Positions 49,801 to 62,785 of a stretch of DNA of 64,000 bases are shown here, one piece after another. The notes under the pieces were generated by a model. It had not been told where the DNA came from. It made no database searches and saw only the letters and a program-made list of their open reading frames with translations. Made by a program: the position numbers and the translations under genes. Origin of the DNA: Phaeosaccion multiseriatum (Eukaryota; Protista; Ochrophyta, other classes); contig OZ218954.1 in NCBI GenBank assembly GCA_965112735.1, positions 2,108,001 to 2,172,000 on the forward strand. The letters are read 5' to 3'. Positions within the stretch are counted from its first letter, which is position 1. Each line of letters opens with the position of its first letter.

Positions 49801-50595
49801 GATGGCGATGGTGTTGGTAACGACACCGCCAGTGTCAAGAGTGATGTGAGTAGCGCTAGCAGTAGTGGTGGTAGTAGTAGTAGTGATGGTAGCGGGGTGA
49901 GTAGGACAAAATTCCAGAAGGACAGGGAGTACCGGGAGTACGGGGAGGATTCGCCCCTCGTGCGTCGGATGGTGCTCAAGGAGATGACCACGAGCATATA
50001 CAGCAGCGAGGTGGTGGACGCGGGGGTGCGCCTTGGGGAGGAAGGCACAGAGTACATCCGTCTCTCCATCAAGGGCCAGGTACGTAAGGGAGTAACGTAA
50101 GGGAGTAACGTAAGGGGTGTGTGTATGGGTTACGGTGGAGACCAACGGGGGCGCAACGGGGTGGCGGGGCTGGAGAGGGGAGGGGGGCAGGCAGCACCGA
50201 ATAAGGCCAATGTATGTATTAGAGGACTAAAGCGCTGCCCCACCGGCAAAGCACCGCCCCTCTCCCTCCCTCCCTCCCTCCCTCTCTCCTCCCCTCTTTC
50301 ACCACCCCCCCGTTAACGCCCCTCTTTCTTTCTTCCTCCCTCCCTCCCTCCGTCCCTCCCTCCCCTCCCTCTGTCCCTCCCCCCAGGCCTTCCAATACAA
50401 TCAAGTGCGCCTCATGATCGGCGGCGCTCTTCTGGAGGCCCTGGGTCTGCATCCCCCGGGCATGCTCCGTACGGCCCTCCACACCACCTTTCTCGTGCCT
50501 ATCCTCTTGGCACCAGCGGAGGGCCTCATCTTGGCCTCGCAGACCTTCACCAAGGTGTGTGGGTGTCGGTGTGTGGGTGTCGGTGTGTGGGTGTT

Positions 50596-50657
<62 letters not shown>

Positions 50658-51466
50658 ATCCTATGTCGTACTTCTAGCATACATCCCCCACCATTGCTGC
50701 GCCCCCCCTCTTCTTCATCCGACGTGTATAGTACCTTGCCTTGTCTTGCCTTGCCTTGCCTTGCCTTGTCTTGGTGCCCCTCACCTCACAGGTCGCCAAC
50801 GCCTTCGTACTCGAGCCGGATAGTCTCCAACACGTGCAGGGAGAGGAGGTGTACTACACGGACGACGTGCAAAAGCAGATGACCAGCCGTGCCAGGAAGC
50901 AGGTGCGCTGTCTTCCCTCCCTGTCCTCTCTGCCTGCTCTCTCCTCTCTTCCCGTCTACTCGGCTGTGCTGTACCACCAACTGGTGTGCTGTGCTGTGCG
51001 GTGTTGTGCACTGGTTGCTTATCAGTTCCAGTTCCCAAGCTCTTTGGCATTCGAAGTCCGGCCCGCTGGTCTTGCCGCTTCATTCCTCAGCTTTCTTTCT
51101 CTCTCCCTCTCTCTCTCGCTCTTGCTCGCTCTCTCTCTCTGTCTCTCTCTCTCTCGTCCCTCCTCCTCTCTCCTCCTCTTGCCCCCATCACACTCGACAG
51201 GCGTTGATGACAGAGGCTAGTTTGGCCGCTAGTGACGCCTTTCGGGACAGCGAAATCCTCACAGAGGTGGCAAAGAAGTGGACGGAGTCGGAGGTTCAGG
51301 AGAGGTGGCTCGACCACGCAAAGAATCGCTTCACCATGCACGTACGTACACACACACACGCACCATGCCTTCCCACCCGGTGCTTAGCACCCCCCCCTCC
51401 CGTCTCACGTTCTCGCCCCCGCACCTCCTGAACACGGCGCGCCCACACACATACACACACAAACAT

Positions 51467-51530
<64 letters not shown>

Positions 51531-51917
51531 CTGCACATACCTACACGCCCCACAGCCCGGCCCCAAGCTCGACATGTTGACCGAAGCCGCTGCAGAGGAG
51601 CTGGAGCTGAAGGAAACGTCCGACAGAGAGAAGATGGACAGGGACATGGTGGTGCGAAGAGAGAAGGCAGCAAAGGGAGTCACTGACTACAAGGACTTGC
51701 TGCCCAGGAACTTTAGCACGGATTTGGTCATCCGGCAAGGGGTTATCCCGAGCAACAAGGCAAGCACGTGGGTCTGTGGGTGTTGGGGTGGGGCGGTCGT
51801 GGTCGGCCTTAAAGCATACGTATGGACTTCAGTTACGCTCGGCAGAGGTTTATGTGCTGCTCCGTCGAGGCAGGAGATCCAATCCAATTCTTTTCCTTTT
51901 CTTGTTGTTGTTGTTGC

Positions 51918-51958
<41 letters not shown>

Positions 51959-52732
51959 TTTCTCTTCTTGCTCTTGTCTATGTTTTGTCTGTCTCTTTGC
52001 CACGGCCAGTCTCTCTGAACGAAGAGCGATGGATTGGTCCGGTCCAGGGAGGCGTTGATGAATGAGCCTACCGGACCTTCCTAACGCTCCTTCCCTCTTT
52101 CTACTACTCTACTTGCTGCTGCTGTATCGTCAATTGATGTCCCTCAGGTGGCCTGTGTACAGCGCGCTCTCGCCAGTCGTATTAACAAAGGCGAGCTCGA
52201 TGCGGGAAGCTCAAAGGAGGAGCTTTTCGCCGTCATAGATCGGTGAGTCAGGGAGGGAGGGAGGGAGGGAGTGAAGGGTGAGTGTTTGAGTGAATGAGGG
52301 AGTGAATGCGTGAGTGAGTGAGTGAGAGAGGGAAGGAGAGGAGAGGAAGGGAGTGTGTGAGTGACTCAGTGAGTCCGTGAGTGAGTGAAACAGTGAATAT
52401 GAAGGAGAGATGGATGGATGGATGGATGGAGGGAGGGAGGGAGAGAGGGAGGAGGGAGTGAGTTAAGCTTTGTCTGTCTTCTCCTCGTACTTACAACGAA
52501 GTCACGTCCCTCCTCCTACTGCTGCTCCTTCTGCCGATGCTGTAGGGTGGGATACGAGACACTGTTCAGCGAAGGACTCGAGCTCGGGCGTGCAGGGGAC
52601 GCAGCGCGAACTCGTGGCGGGTCGAGCGGCAAGGACGCCCAGAGAGCGAGGACGGCGCAGTGGGAACGGGCGGGGGGCAGTGCGCGTGGCGGTAACAGAA
52701 GCCCAGGCCGCGAACCGAGAGGCAGAAATTGA
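46884..52732 (+). CDS. PUS1: tRNA pseudouridine synthase, TruA/Pus1 family, probable organelle-targeting N-terminus
   Basis: Exons 46884-46908, 47046-47581, 47950-48120, 48430-48553, 48806-49072, 49406-50079, 50387-50554, 50792-50902, 51201-51341, 51556-51759, 52148-52242, 52546-52732 (~900 aa; the 48553/48806 junction is uncertain). Motifs: KKKCALVIGYVGSDFNGLQ, catalytic SRTDKGVHA, INAHLPPDLRVF, YTGTHSFHNF, IKGQAFQYNQVRLMIG, APAEGLIL. Confidence 0.9.
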
Positions 52733-53245
52733 TGTTGATGAGAGATGAAGAGAGGCTCGGGAGAGGACTTGAATTTCATGACGCTCTATTAATTAGTGCC
52801 CTCTCGTAAGTCTCGTTTCATGACGCTCTTTGAATGTGCTAAGACACAAACAAGTCGCCATGCCCAAGAACATGCAGGCCCTTCCTCCCGAACGCTCGAG
52901 AATGCCAGCCTTTGTGTTGTCTGTTGGGGCAGTCAGTCTCTGCCGCGTCGCCAGCCGCTGAGTAGAGAGGCGCCCCACGCCGAGCTGACGAGCTTTGTGG
53001 AGCCTCGAGTCTCCTTCCTCCCTCATCGGCCGCCTCGCGGTGACTATAAAGCACGCTCTCATCACCTCCCACACACCCGCACCAATCAAGTCGTTTCGAT
53101 TACCTTACTCCGAGGCCATCACCCCGCCGCCCCCCGCCAACCCCATCCGCATGACAGTGTACACCAGCCGCACATTCACCTCATTCACCTTCGGTCCTCC
53201 TCCCTTCCATTTCGGCGGTGGAGGGGGGGGGCAAGGGGACAAAAA

Positions 53246-53359
53246 AGGCCTCTGGAAATGCGGATAGGCCTCTGTGGAAAGGCGGACAGGTCTTGGTTGG
53301 CCCCTTCATCAATAAGCGAGAGGCCTCTGGAAATGCAGGTAGGCCTCTGGAAAGGCGGG
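53246..53359 (+). repeat. Intergenic duplicated ~40-bp unit built of AGGCCTCTGGAAA sub-repeats
   Basis: AGGCCTCTGGAAATGC.G.TAGGCCTCT(GT)GGAAAGGCGG at 53246 and 53321. Confidence 0.8.
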
Positions 53360-56300
53360 TATGCCTCTGTTTTGGTGGGTAGGGGCGCCTTTCAATAAAG
53401 ATATGGTATCGTATCGTGTGGTGTGGGTCAAGGCATGGCACAGCCCGCCTCGCAGATACGTAAGTAGGCCCTGGGCCTCCTCCTTCCTGGCCGTGTTCGA
53501 TCATCGCGTCCATTGCATTGCTGCCACATACACAGGACCATCATTGCAGCAGGCCGCGATTGCAGTGTCGTCGTCTGTCCATGCAGTCGAGCAGGGACCT
53601 CGATACAATACGACAGAAGAAAATCTCGAGCAGCGACCTCGATGTACGGAAAGTCTCGAGCATCGATTCCTTGGGAGTACGACTGTAGCCTCCTGGGGAC
53701 TTTGGGGGCGCCCCGAGGGGGCGTACGCCTAAGCAGCGTATGAACGCTTCAAGTTACGGCCGCGCAAAGCCCTTCCATCCTCGCCACCCCCTTGGGCTTT
53801 CCTGGGATGGAAGAAGGTGTTTCGTTGATCTCCCTGCCCACTTTCGCAGAGAAGGACGCACATCGAGAAAGTAGAAACGCAGCCGCCCTCACTCATGATC
53901 CTCGATCCTTAGTACGGTAGGCACGTCCTTCTCTCTTCCACATCCACAACACGGCATTCGCTCCATCACCGCCAGCAGCTGAGGCACCAGTAGCAGTGGC
54001 ACTAGCAGCAGCAGGGCTAAAACAGGCGTGTTGGTGGTACTGTACAACAGCACCAGCCATTGTGCAAAAAGGGGCGAAGGCAGCACATTGAAGGCCACAG
54101 CGCCGCCGCCCCATCCCCCCGCGCCATGTAGCAAACAGCAGCCGCACGCAGAACCGTGTGCAGAGAGAGAGAGAGAGTGGACGAAGGCATAGAAGGGGGG
54201 GATGAGAAGGAAGGGGCGAAGGGGGGCAGGGAGGGTGGGGGGGGGGGGGGGAGTGGCAGACATGGCCAGACGGTTAGCACGAGTTGAATGGGGGACGGGA
54301 GGTTTACTCCATAGGGCCTCCATGGGGCCTCTACTTTCGTAGGGACAATGGCCAAGAAACGCCCGGCACTCGACATTGCACTCTCAGGCTCCACTTGACA
54401 CTCAGCAGCTCAGTAAGGCGGACACAGCCGTCAGACTCCCTCTCCTTCTGCCCCCTCCTCTCCACCTCCCCCCCAACCTCCCCCACCCAACCTCATGCAC
54501 CAAGTCGAGGCGGCACCTCTCTCACACGTTCACTTTACGAGACAATGTGAGTGACGGGACACTCCCGCAAAGGAGGCCCAGTCGCAGGCAATCATCAGGG
54601 TGAGTGAAGGAGGTGGAGGAGGAGGGGGGGGGGGGGAGGGCAAAAAGAGCGGGTGACGGGCCATACCAATACAAGCCTCACTGCCCCAAAAACTGCTGCT
54701 CACGTGGAAAAGGATGTCTCTGCTCGACGTGTGAACGCCGTCATCGAAAGAAGGAGAGGAGAAAGCCCTCCCAACACACCAGTTGGTGATACAGTGAGCA
54801 CACTACTTCCCCAGCCCCCGTCCTCTCTCTCTCTCTCTCTTCCATCCCCCTTTTCCAGCTCTAGCCACCAAAACACTCCACATCCGCATCAAAATTGCGT
54901 GTGTGTTGTGTTTGTGTGGAGAACAACAAGAGGAAAGAGACGGCCGCCGCCGATTTGAGCACCATGCCGCCCCCTGGACCGACGCCCTTCACGAGGCAAA
55001 AAGAGAAAGGGCTCAAAGCGAAAGAGCTGGCACCACCTCCGGCTATCACGTGAAAGAGGGGAAGGAAAGGGGATGAAGGGAGCGCGGTAATGACGAAGCT
55101 CCCCCGTCCCCCCCCTCTCTGCAGCTTTCCATTGCAAAAGCCAGGCAAGAGGGATAAGCAAGCAGCCCTGGCACCACTCACGGTGCGAGGGAGCAGAAAG
55201 AGGGGAGAGAGATTCGGAAAGTGAAGAGGAGGCGACAGACGGCCACCAGGAAAGGGGGGAAAGAAAGATTCCCGCCCCTCCCCAGCGGCCGCCCGCCGCC
55301 CCCCCCCCTCCTCCCCAACCCCTCTCCACTCCCCTTTCGCTTCTCGCGCCAAAGTGGCCCTGCTGCTACTCCCCAGATGCCTCCTCATTTTCCCCCATGA
55401 GTGCAAAGCGATAATTTGTCGATACACGTAACCCGTGCTCTCCGCTGTGTTTGAGCCCACTTCTCTTGGGTTTGTTTTGCGAGAGTGCCCGGCGGGGAAA
55501 GGTTTTTAGAGCGAGCCAGAACAAGACGATATCCGCCGGTCGGGGAAGCCCCACCCCCACCCACGCGAGAGAGGCGAAAGCCGCTTCCGTCCCAAGGGAT
55601 GCGAAAAGCCACCTCCACCCCCCCCACATCGGCACACGGCAAGGCCTTCCAAGCCGACGGACATTGCCTTCTCCCGGCATCGCACCCGCGGGCAAAACCC
55701 CTAACTTAGGGTTAGTTACTCCTCTCCCAAGGGAGGATGGAGTACGGTGGGGAAAGGCACACACTCTCCCGACAACGCCCCCCTCTCCCCATCCCCCACA
55801 CACCGTTTGGCTGCAGTGCGCCGGCTACAGCTTTCCCAGGGAGGGGTGGATGGAGGAGAGAGAGGGTGAAATCGCTGGGGTTGGAGAGGGCTCTTGCAGC
55901 TCCTCACTGTTGGGGAAGGTCCTTATCGTCTCCTTTTTCTCTTTACCAAGCTCCTTTTCTGCCTTCATCATCGAGTGCTGTACCTTTGTCGTCCTTCTTC
56001 TCCGTTCCAACCCTCTTACTCACCTATAGAGCACCAGTCCTGGTGCCTTCCATGGAATTCACATGATATATGCTCTACTTATGGCGCCCTGTGTGCAATT
56101 TGAAAACAGAAAAGAATCTGGCCCGTATGATCCCCGTATGTGTGCTGCTTTTTTTTTGCTGACCATTAATTTTGGTCATCCCAGAGAGAAGAGCTTGTTC
56201 CACAACTCCTACCGGACAAGGAGCAAGTAAACTCTCGCAACCTTCGCATGAGCAGCAGTACTAGCACCACGCGGCACGTGCCCCCGCGTTGACGACAGTG

Positions 56301-56481
56301 GCAGGGAATAGGAGCGGCGGAAGGGAAAGAGGTGCGCGCCAGTTTACCGCTCGTGGTCGGGAATCGACGACCCAGGCGAGCAGCAGGAGAGCCACAGCGG
56401 CGCGTAAAGAGCAAGTAAAGAGAAAGGAGGCGGAAGGAAGAGCGAGGAGTAGGGGTAGCGGGGGGGCGAGAGAGACTGCCC

Positions 56482-57730
56482 ATGGGCGAAGGTCGCGTTC
56501 GTGCGAGTGGAGAAGGTGATGACGACAAAGGCCCTCGGTCGCCTCCAAGCAGTGGCTCCGGCAGGAAGAGGCCTTATCCGTCTTCGCCACAGCTGCCGGC
56601 ATCTCTCTGCAAGAAGCAGCATCTGCAGGAGCGGCTTGAGAATGCTGCGCCTTTGAACGAGTCGACTGACGTAAGAGTGGAGAAGCCAGAAGCGGCGGAG
56701 GGGGGAGCGGAGGAGGAGGAAGCGGAGCGGGTGACGTATGCGGTATGTCGAGATGAAGACCGAGGAGACGGCTTACTACAGCAGCAACACTTGCTTGTCT
56801 GGTCACCACCAAAGAAGCCCGTGCTCGGAGAACAGACACCCCCCTCGTGCCTGCTCTTGACTCCGACGCTTCCTCCGCGTCCCCGACTGTGGCAGCAAGG
56901 CAAGGCGACTCCCACGTCCACGGGGCCGGTCTTTGAGGAGGCGCTGCGACTGTTAGAGAGGGGGAGGGAGGACGGAGCGGGGGAAGCGGAGGAGAGGTGC
57001 GGAGGGGGGTGGGCGTCTGGAGGAGGAGGTGTTTTGCACACGGCGGTTCGCGAGCTGTGTGCGGCCATTGTGGAGGCGGAAGAGGACGTGGTCCGACAGG
57101 CGCAGCAGAAGGGACATCGTAACACCTGGTACGGAAGCGGGGATAGCGGCGATGAGGAGGAGGAGGATGGGGAGCAAGAAGAACGAGAAGAGGTGAAGGA
57201 AGAGGAGGAAGAGGAAGGCCCAACAGAAGCGTTGTCGTCGTCGTCGTCGTCGTCGTTGTCGCCCAGAGGGTGCCTTCGTAGCGTTGAGGGAGGGGCGGGA
57301 AGAGCAGGGAAGAGGAAACGACGGGTGCGCTTCGCGACGCATGACTTGACGGTGATTGACACGCCTGACGTTACACGCAACGGGTCGCAGGCCCCCATGC
57401 AGAGCACGCTGAGCAGCTTGCAACAGCTGCTCGAGGCGTGCGTCAAGGTCAGGCAGGTCGTTGCGCAGGAGGAGGAGGAGGGGGGGGGCGGGCGGGAGGG
57501 GGGGGGGCAAGAGCGGGAGGGAGTAGGCTTTGGGGGAGGTCGGCCGTCCTTGGCAGGCACGACGGCGAGGAAGGAGGTGGAGCAGCTGTGCAGGGTATTG
57601 CGAGAACTGGGGAGCGCCCCTCCCTCCCCCACGGCGCCGTGGAAGGCTGTGCAGCACCGAAAGGCGGCGCTGTTTTACGCCAAGGAAATTGCCACTCTCT
57701 GTCTGCCGTCATCTCCTCAGCAAGAGCAGG

Positions 57731-57762
<32 letters not shown>

Positions 57763-59637
57763 GAGTCTTCTCGGTTGCTCTCTCGCTTCCAGCAGGTGGT
57801 AAACAGCGTGTTGCGATGGAAGCTCAAGTGCATTTTGAACGTGTGCCCCTGCGCGGTCGACGGAATGGAGGAGGAAGACGAAGATCCCCACGGCCATTCC
57901 AACTACTTGGGCATTCCGTGGTGGGTGGGCGGGGGGGGGGGCTCCACTGTCGTAGCGAAAGCGGAAGAAAAGGAAGAGCACCCACAGAAGACGGCTGCAG
58001 GGGGCGGCGGCTTCGCACCTGCTACTTGTGCTGATGGTCACGCTATTGCCGCTGCTGCTGACAGGCAAGACGAAGGACAAGGAGGAGGAGGAGGAGGAGG
58101 AGGAGGAGGAGGAGGAGGAGGAGGAGGAGGAGGAGGGGGAGGAGGAGGAGAGGAGGAGGAGGAGGAGGAGGAGGAGGAAGAAGAGGAGGAGGAGGAGAAA
58201 AAGGAGGAGCGGGGCTGTGGTTGCCTTGGCGTCATTGAGGGCACAGGAGCACTGCAGTTCAACGCGGAGGACCCTGCTGCGCTGCTGCACGTGGCCGCTC
58301 GGCTCGTGCATCCTTTCCTCTCCATCGGGGGCTTTCTCTTCGGCGACGAGGCGGTGCGGGAGCTGCAGCGGGTGGAGCAGCAAGAGGAGGAGCAGCAGCA
58401 GCGATGGGAGCAGCAGCAGCAGCAGCAGCAGCAGGAGCAGGAGCAGGAGGAGGGGAGCGGTGGCGGTGGGGGTGGGGGTGGTTATGGCGCTGAGAGGCCG
58501 CGAGAGAGTGCTGCTGGTGGTGCTGGCGCGGAGAGGGGTAGAGAAGTCTCCTTGTACGATAGAGTCATTGCCTACATCAGCTTCTGTCGCCGACGTGAGG
58601 AGCAGGCTTCTTCTACAGCCGAAGGTCGTGGTGCTCCTGCTTGTGGTCGTCCTCCGGCTTCGGCTGCTTCGCTCCTTCCCACTGTGGAGGAGTGCATGGA
58701 TATCCAAGGTGGGTCTTGATTGATTTGATTAGGATTAGGGACGAACAAGGGATGGAGAGCTCACTCTCTATCTGATATACCCTACCCGCTGCGGCGTTGT
58801 CATGCTGACTTGTTGCCCCCGACCCCCCACTGGACCGCTCCCTCTGCTCCCAACCCTCGCTCCACTCCCGCTCCCTGAACCCACGACTCTCTCTCCCTCG
58901 CCCTCTCTCTCTCCCTTTCTCTCTTTCTCTCTCCCCTCTCTCTCTCTCTCTCTGTACCTCTCTCTCCCCTCTCTCTCTTCTCTCTTGCTCTCTCTCTCTC
59001 TCTCTCCCCCCTCTCTCTCACACACACAGGCTTTGCTGCAGGGTTCACGTTCCTGACGCAGCTGCTCAGCGAGCCCTCCCTGGCCCTGGCAGAGGAGTCG
59101 GGGCACTGGGGCGAGGTGCAGGCGTTAGCGAGGAAGATGACGTGCTTCCACGTGTTGCTCGATCCCGCCCACCGACCCCACAACCACCGACAGTCCCGCC
59201 AGAGGGGGCAGCAACAGAGGCAGCAGCAGCAGCGGGAGGAGGAGGAGGAGGAGGGGGGGGGGGAGGAGATGGTGGTGGTGCTGGATGAGGAGGGGGTTTG
59301 CGGTGGCAGCAATGTGAACGGCGGTGGAGTGAGCAGCTGCCTGGGGCTGTTGACTGAGGACCTGCAGTCACTCTCGGCTCGGCTGCAGGAGCAGGCGCCC
59401 CTTGTGCGCCGGCTTGATATCATGGCACAGGGCGAGCTGCAAAAAGCGTGCTGGAGACAGCAGCAGCAGCAGCAGCAGCAGCAGCAAAAGCATCAGGGCG
59501 GCTTCTTAATGCGGGGAGGGGGCAAGAGGAGGAATCGCAACCACTTGCTCCGCAGCCGAGCCATGGAGGTGGACGTGAGCGACTTCGTTGTGGACTTTCC
59601 CATGGTCAAACCCCGCTGTCGCTTGTTGCTTCAGTAG
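56482..59637 (+). CDS. Hypothetical low-complexity protein (~944 aa), possible nuclear protein (KRKRRVRF motif)
   Basis: Exon 56482-58708 (CAAG|GTGGGT) joins in phase to exon 59030-59637 (CACAG|GC). No recognisable domain. RRVRF resembles an RVxF PP1-docking motif (inference). Confidence 0.7.
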
Positions 59638-59771
59638 TGAAGGAATGAGTGAATGATGAATGAATTGTGTCGACTAGTCAGTGAGTGACTGACTGAACTG
59701 AGTGAATGACTGACTGAATTGTAGAATTCAGTGAATGACGGTGGAGGGAGGGGGGGGGGAAATAAAAATCG

Positions 59772-59925
59772 GCCCCGTGCACGCCTAGCGGCCTAGGCCT
59801 ATTTTGGAAAATTGCCCGGCCTAGCGAGGGCCGTAGGCCCTCGGCCTATTTATAGGCCGCCTAGGCGGCGGCCTAGGCGGGGACCGGAGGCCCGCGGCCT
59901 AGGGCAGACGCCAACTAGGCGCAAG
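59772..59925. repeat. Cluster of nested GC-rich palindromes built on GCCTAGGC/GGCCTA
   Basis: GGCCTAGGCC (59790-59799), CGAGGGCC-gta-GGCCCTCG (59825-59843), CGGCCTAT-tt-ATAGGCCG (59842-59859), GCCGCCTAGGCGGC (59856-59869), and further GCCTAG copies. Confidence 0.85.
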
Positions 59926-60274
59926 TCCAGGGCGGGAATATGCTCATATGCCCCTGGGCTGGCCCGGAACCCGCCCAAGATAAAAATAGGGAAGTTTCCT
60001 GGAAGTTTCTTGGCTCTTGGCCTCCTCTACTTTGCTCTCGGCCTCCTCTACTTTATGTCGTGGTGGAAGCTTCACCTTCACCTTTTTTGTCCTCACCTTC
60101 CAGCAACGACCTCAAACCAAAAACAGCGGTAGGAACAGTAGCACACGATAGCTCAGGGGAGAAGTAGCCGCTGTGAGAGGGGGGGGGGGAGACATCAGCG
60201 CTCCGTGAGCACAAGGAGGCGGGGGACGAAATTGGAAGTGAACCAACAGCAGTTTGCTCAAACGCTTGTCCAAC

Positions 60275-62026
60275 ATGCAGCCCCCAAAAGCCGGGGCGGG
60301 GGAAAAGAAGCAGACGAAGGCCTCCGCTACTGCCACTGCTGCTGCGTTCCGTGAGAGCTTCATGGAGGCCCTCACAGGCTTGGTCCAGAACGAAGAGATG
60401 CATCAAGTTATCCGATTTGAAGGAGGTAAGTTCGTTCGAAAAGGGTGGGGAGCCGCGGTGTGCGAGTTCCCCCCCCCTCTGCTCTCATGTTGCCTCCGTC
60501 CCAAAGACGTCAATTGTCTTCAAACGCTTACGGAGTGGCTGCTGTGTTACGCCTTCCGTCTCTCCATGAAGGTGTCCTGTCCGTGTTCAGCAAGGCGCGG
60601 GTCCTGGAAGCGCTCGGCACGAGATTCGCAAGGTGAGAAGGAGAACAAGGAGGGGGGTCTAGCGGTATGGATATATCTTCCTTGCAGCCTGCTCAGTGCG
60701 TGCGGTGTCCAGGAAGTGCTGCTTTTCTATTCGAATAGAGTCCCCCTTTGAGGAACGGAGAGCGGGCAGCAATGAAGTGTACGACGGACACGACGGACAC
60801 CGTACAAATCTCCCTATCTAAGCACCATTATTTAGCGATGTTCGACCCCATAGGAGAGGAGGGAAGTGCTGGTGGTAGGGGGGGGTGGTGGTGGGGATCG
60901 AGGAGAGGTTCAGCGGCCGAAGGAGGTAGGGGTGTGGAGAATGAAGGGGGGGTGAGGGAGGAGTAATAAAAAAGAGACTGATCTATCGAGTATTGGCGAA
61001 TCAGAGCAGAGGGTAAAGCGGGCGAGGGCAAGTGCTTTGAGGGCCAGTAGTGGCCGGTGAATGTACCTGATGACGTTACAACTGTAGTTAGGTAAGGAAG
61101 GGGTTTAAGAAGTATGAGGGAGTGAGTGCTCGGTAACCTGCTTTCGTTATGCGTATGTATAGCCGCAGTCTTATCGCTTTGTCCCCTCTCCCTGCTGTCT
61201 CCCTGAGACTTGATTGTCGGGGGGAGGAGCGAGCACCCCCTTCTACTCCAACTTACTACTACCCCAATCTAAAAGTCTTCCATCTCTCTTTCACTTCCTC
61301 TTCTCCTCGTCTTCCTGCTCCTCCATCGGCTTACCTCAGCTACGACGGCTTCGCCCGCCAGCTCAACTACTACCACTTCAAGCTCGTCAAGCCCTCTTCG
61401 GCGAGGACCACGCGCGACTGGGCACAGGTAAGCACATCTGAACATGTGTAGAGAGGGGTGTTTTGTTCTCATAGGAAGGAAGAGTGTCGCCGAACAGAAC
61501 CAGGGCACTGTATGCAGCACTGTCCTGTCCTGACACTCGCTACCCGAGGGTAGAGGGAAGAGGGTGGTGGTGAAGCAACGGTGTTGAGAGGGGATGGGCG
61601 GTCGGAGAGGCCGGAGGGGGGGGGGGGCTTTCTCTTGTTGTCAGTAGTACAGTACTTGTTGGAGGCGGGGGGTGTGGGTGCAGCCACAGAGGGTCTGTGC
61701 CTCCAAGCGTATGAGATGGCTTTCTTTCCTGCTTTCGCCTCCCCCCTCACCGTCTGCGCGCTGCCTCCCTCCCCTCCTCTCCTCTCCAGTATGTTCTGGG
61801 CCCGGAGCTCTGTGTGCCCCGATACGCACATCTGCTGCAGGCCTGGCCTGACCCGGTCCCTCGAGGGTATGCAGCGACTGTGCTTCGAAGCCTCCCTCGG
61901 AAGATCAAGCCTGGAAGGTCGGGAAGATCCAACAAGGGAAGGGGCACGTCCAAGGAGGAGGACGCAAAACTCCTCCTCCAGTTTTCGGAGCAATCGTTTC
62001 GGAAAGCGACGGCAACGAACTGTTGA
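60275..62026 (+). CDS. Short divergent HSF-type DNA-binding domain protein (178 aa)
   Basis: Exons 60275-60425, 60572-60632, 61340-61427, 61790-62026, in phase. FMEALTGLVQNEEMHQVIRF...VLEALGTRFASYDGFARQLNYYHFK...LRSLPRK parallels the HSF DBD (F..KL..ML......IRW...SF.RQLN.YGF...L..I.RK). Confidence 0.72.
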
Positions 62027-62785
62027 CGCGATGCGAGTACCGCAATGAGAGGACGGAGGAGGAGGAGGAGGAGGAGGAGGAGGAGGAGGAGGAGGAGGAG
62101 GAGGAGGACGAGCCGATGGGTAGTGCCGCAGACCATGCCTACCACTGGCCCTAGGCTGCTCCGACAATGCACAACAAGACAAGCTCCTTCACTTCCTTCG
62201 CCTTCGCCTCGTGGACCTCATTGCTTTGGCGCGCTGAGTACGAGTTGCTCTCTACATCACTCATCAGGATAAGGAGGAAGGGGGATAGCTGCTGCTATTT
62301 AGGTCATTTGGACCGTTGCGCGCTGACTTCCAAGACGCCCGGACAGGCACGAGAGAGGCCACCATAGGCTGCCATCGTCGGATCGGACACACTGAAGGAA
62401 AGCGCTCTTCGTGTCCCTCCATCCTCTGGAGAAGACGCATCGTCCGATGGAGCCTTACATTACGGCATTGGCATGCCTATGGTACGGCTGGCCATTTTGA
62501 GTCAAAGCACCGCCAGCCACCGGCCTGTGCCTGAGCCCCAATCATGTTGTGTGGGTTTGTTGGTTTTTATGGGAAGTGTCCCCAGCTGTGTATAGTTAGT
62601 GACGAGTTTAGTTTTATAGGGGTGAGAGAAGGGGAAGACTTCCGAGCGAGCGGCCCCCTTTTTTCACCTCAGGGAGTGTACATGTAATAAGTGACAAAAA
62701 AGCAAAAAAGAAGAAAAATTAGGGCTCCGCATGTTGGTTCTTCCCTCAGACTCACACTTGGCGGTCAATCCGGTCGGACATCTCC

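Noticed and set aside
55699-55715. Head-to-head telomere motif CCCTAA-C-TTAGGG (possible fusion scar)
   Set aside because: Only one unit per side; too short to distinguish from chance.
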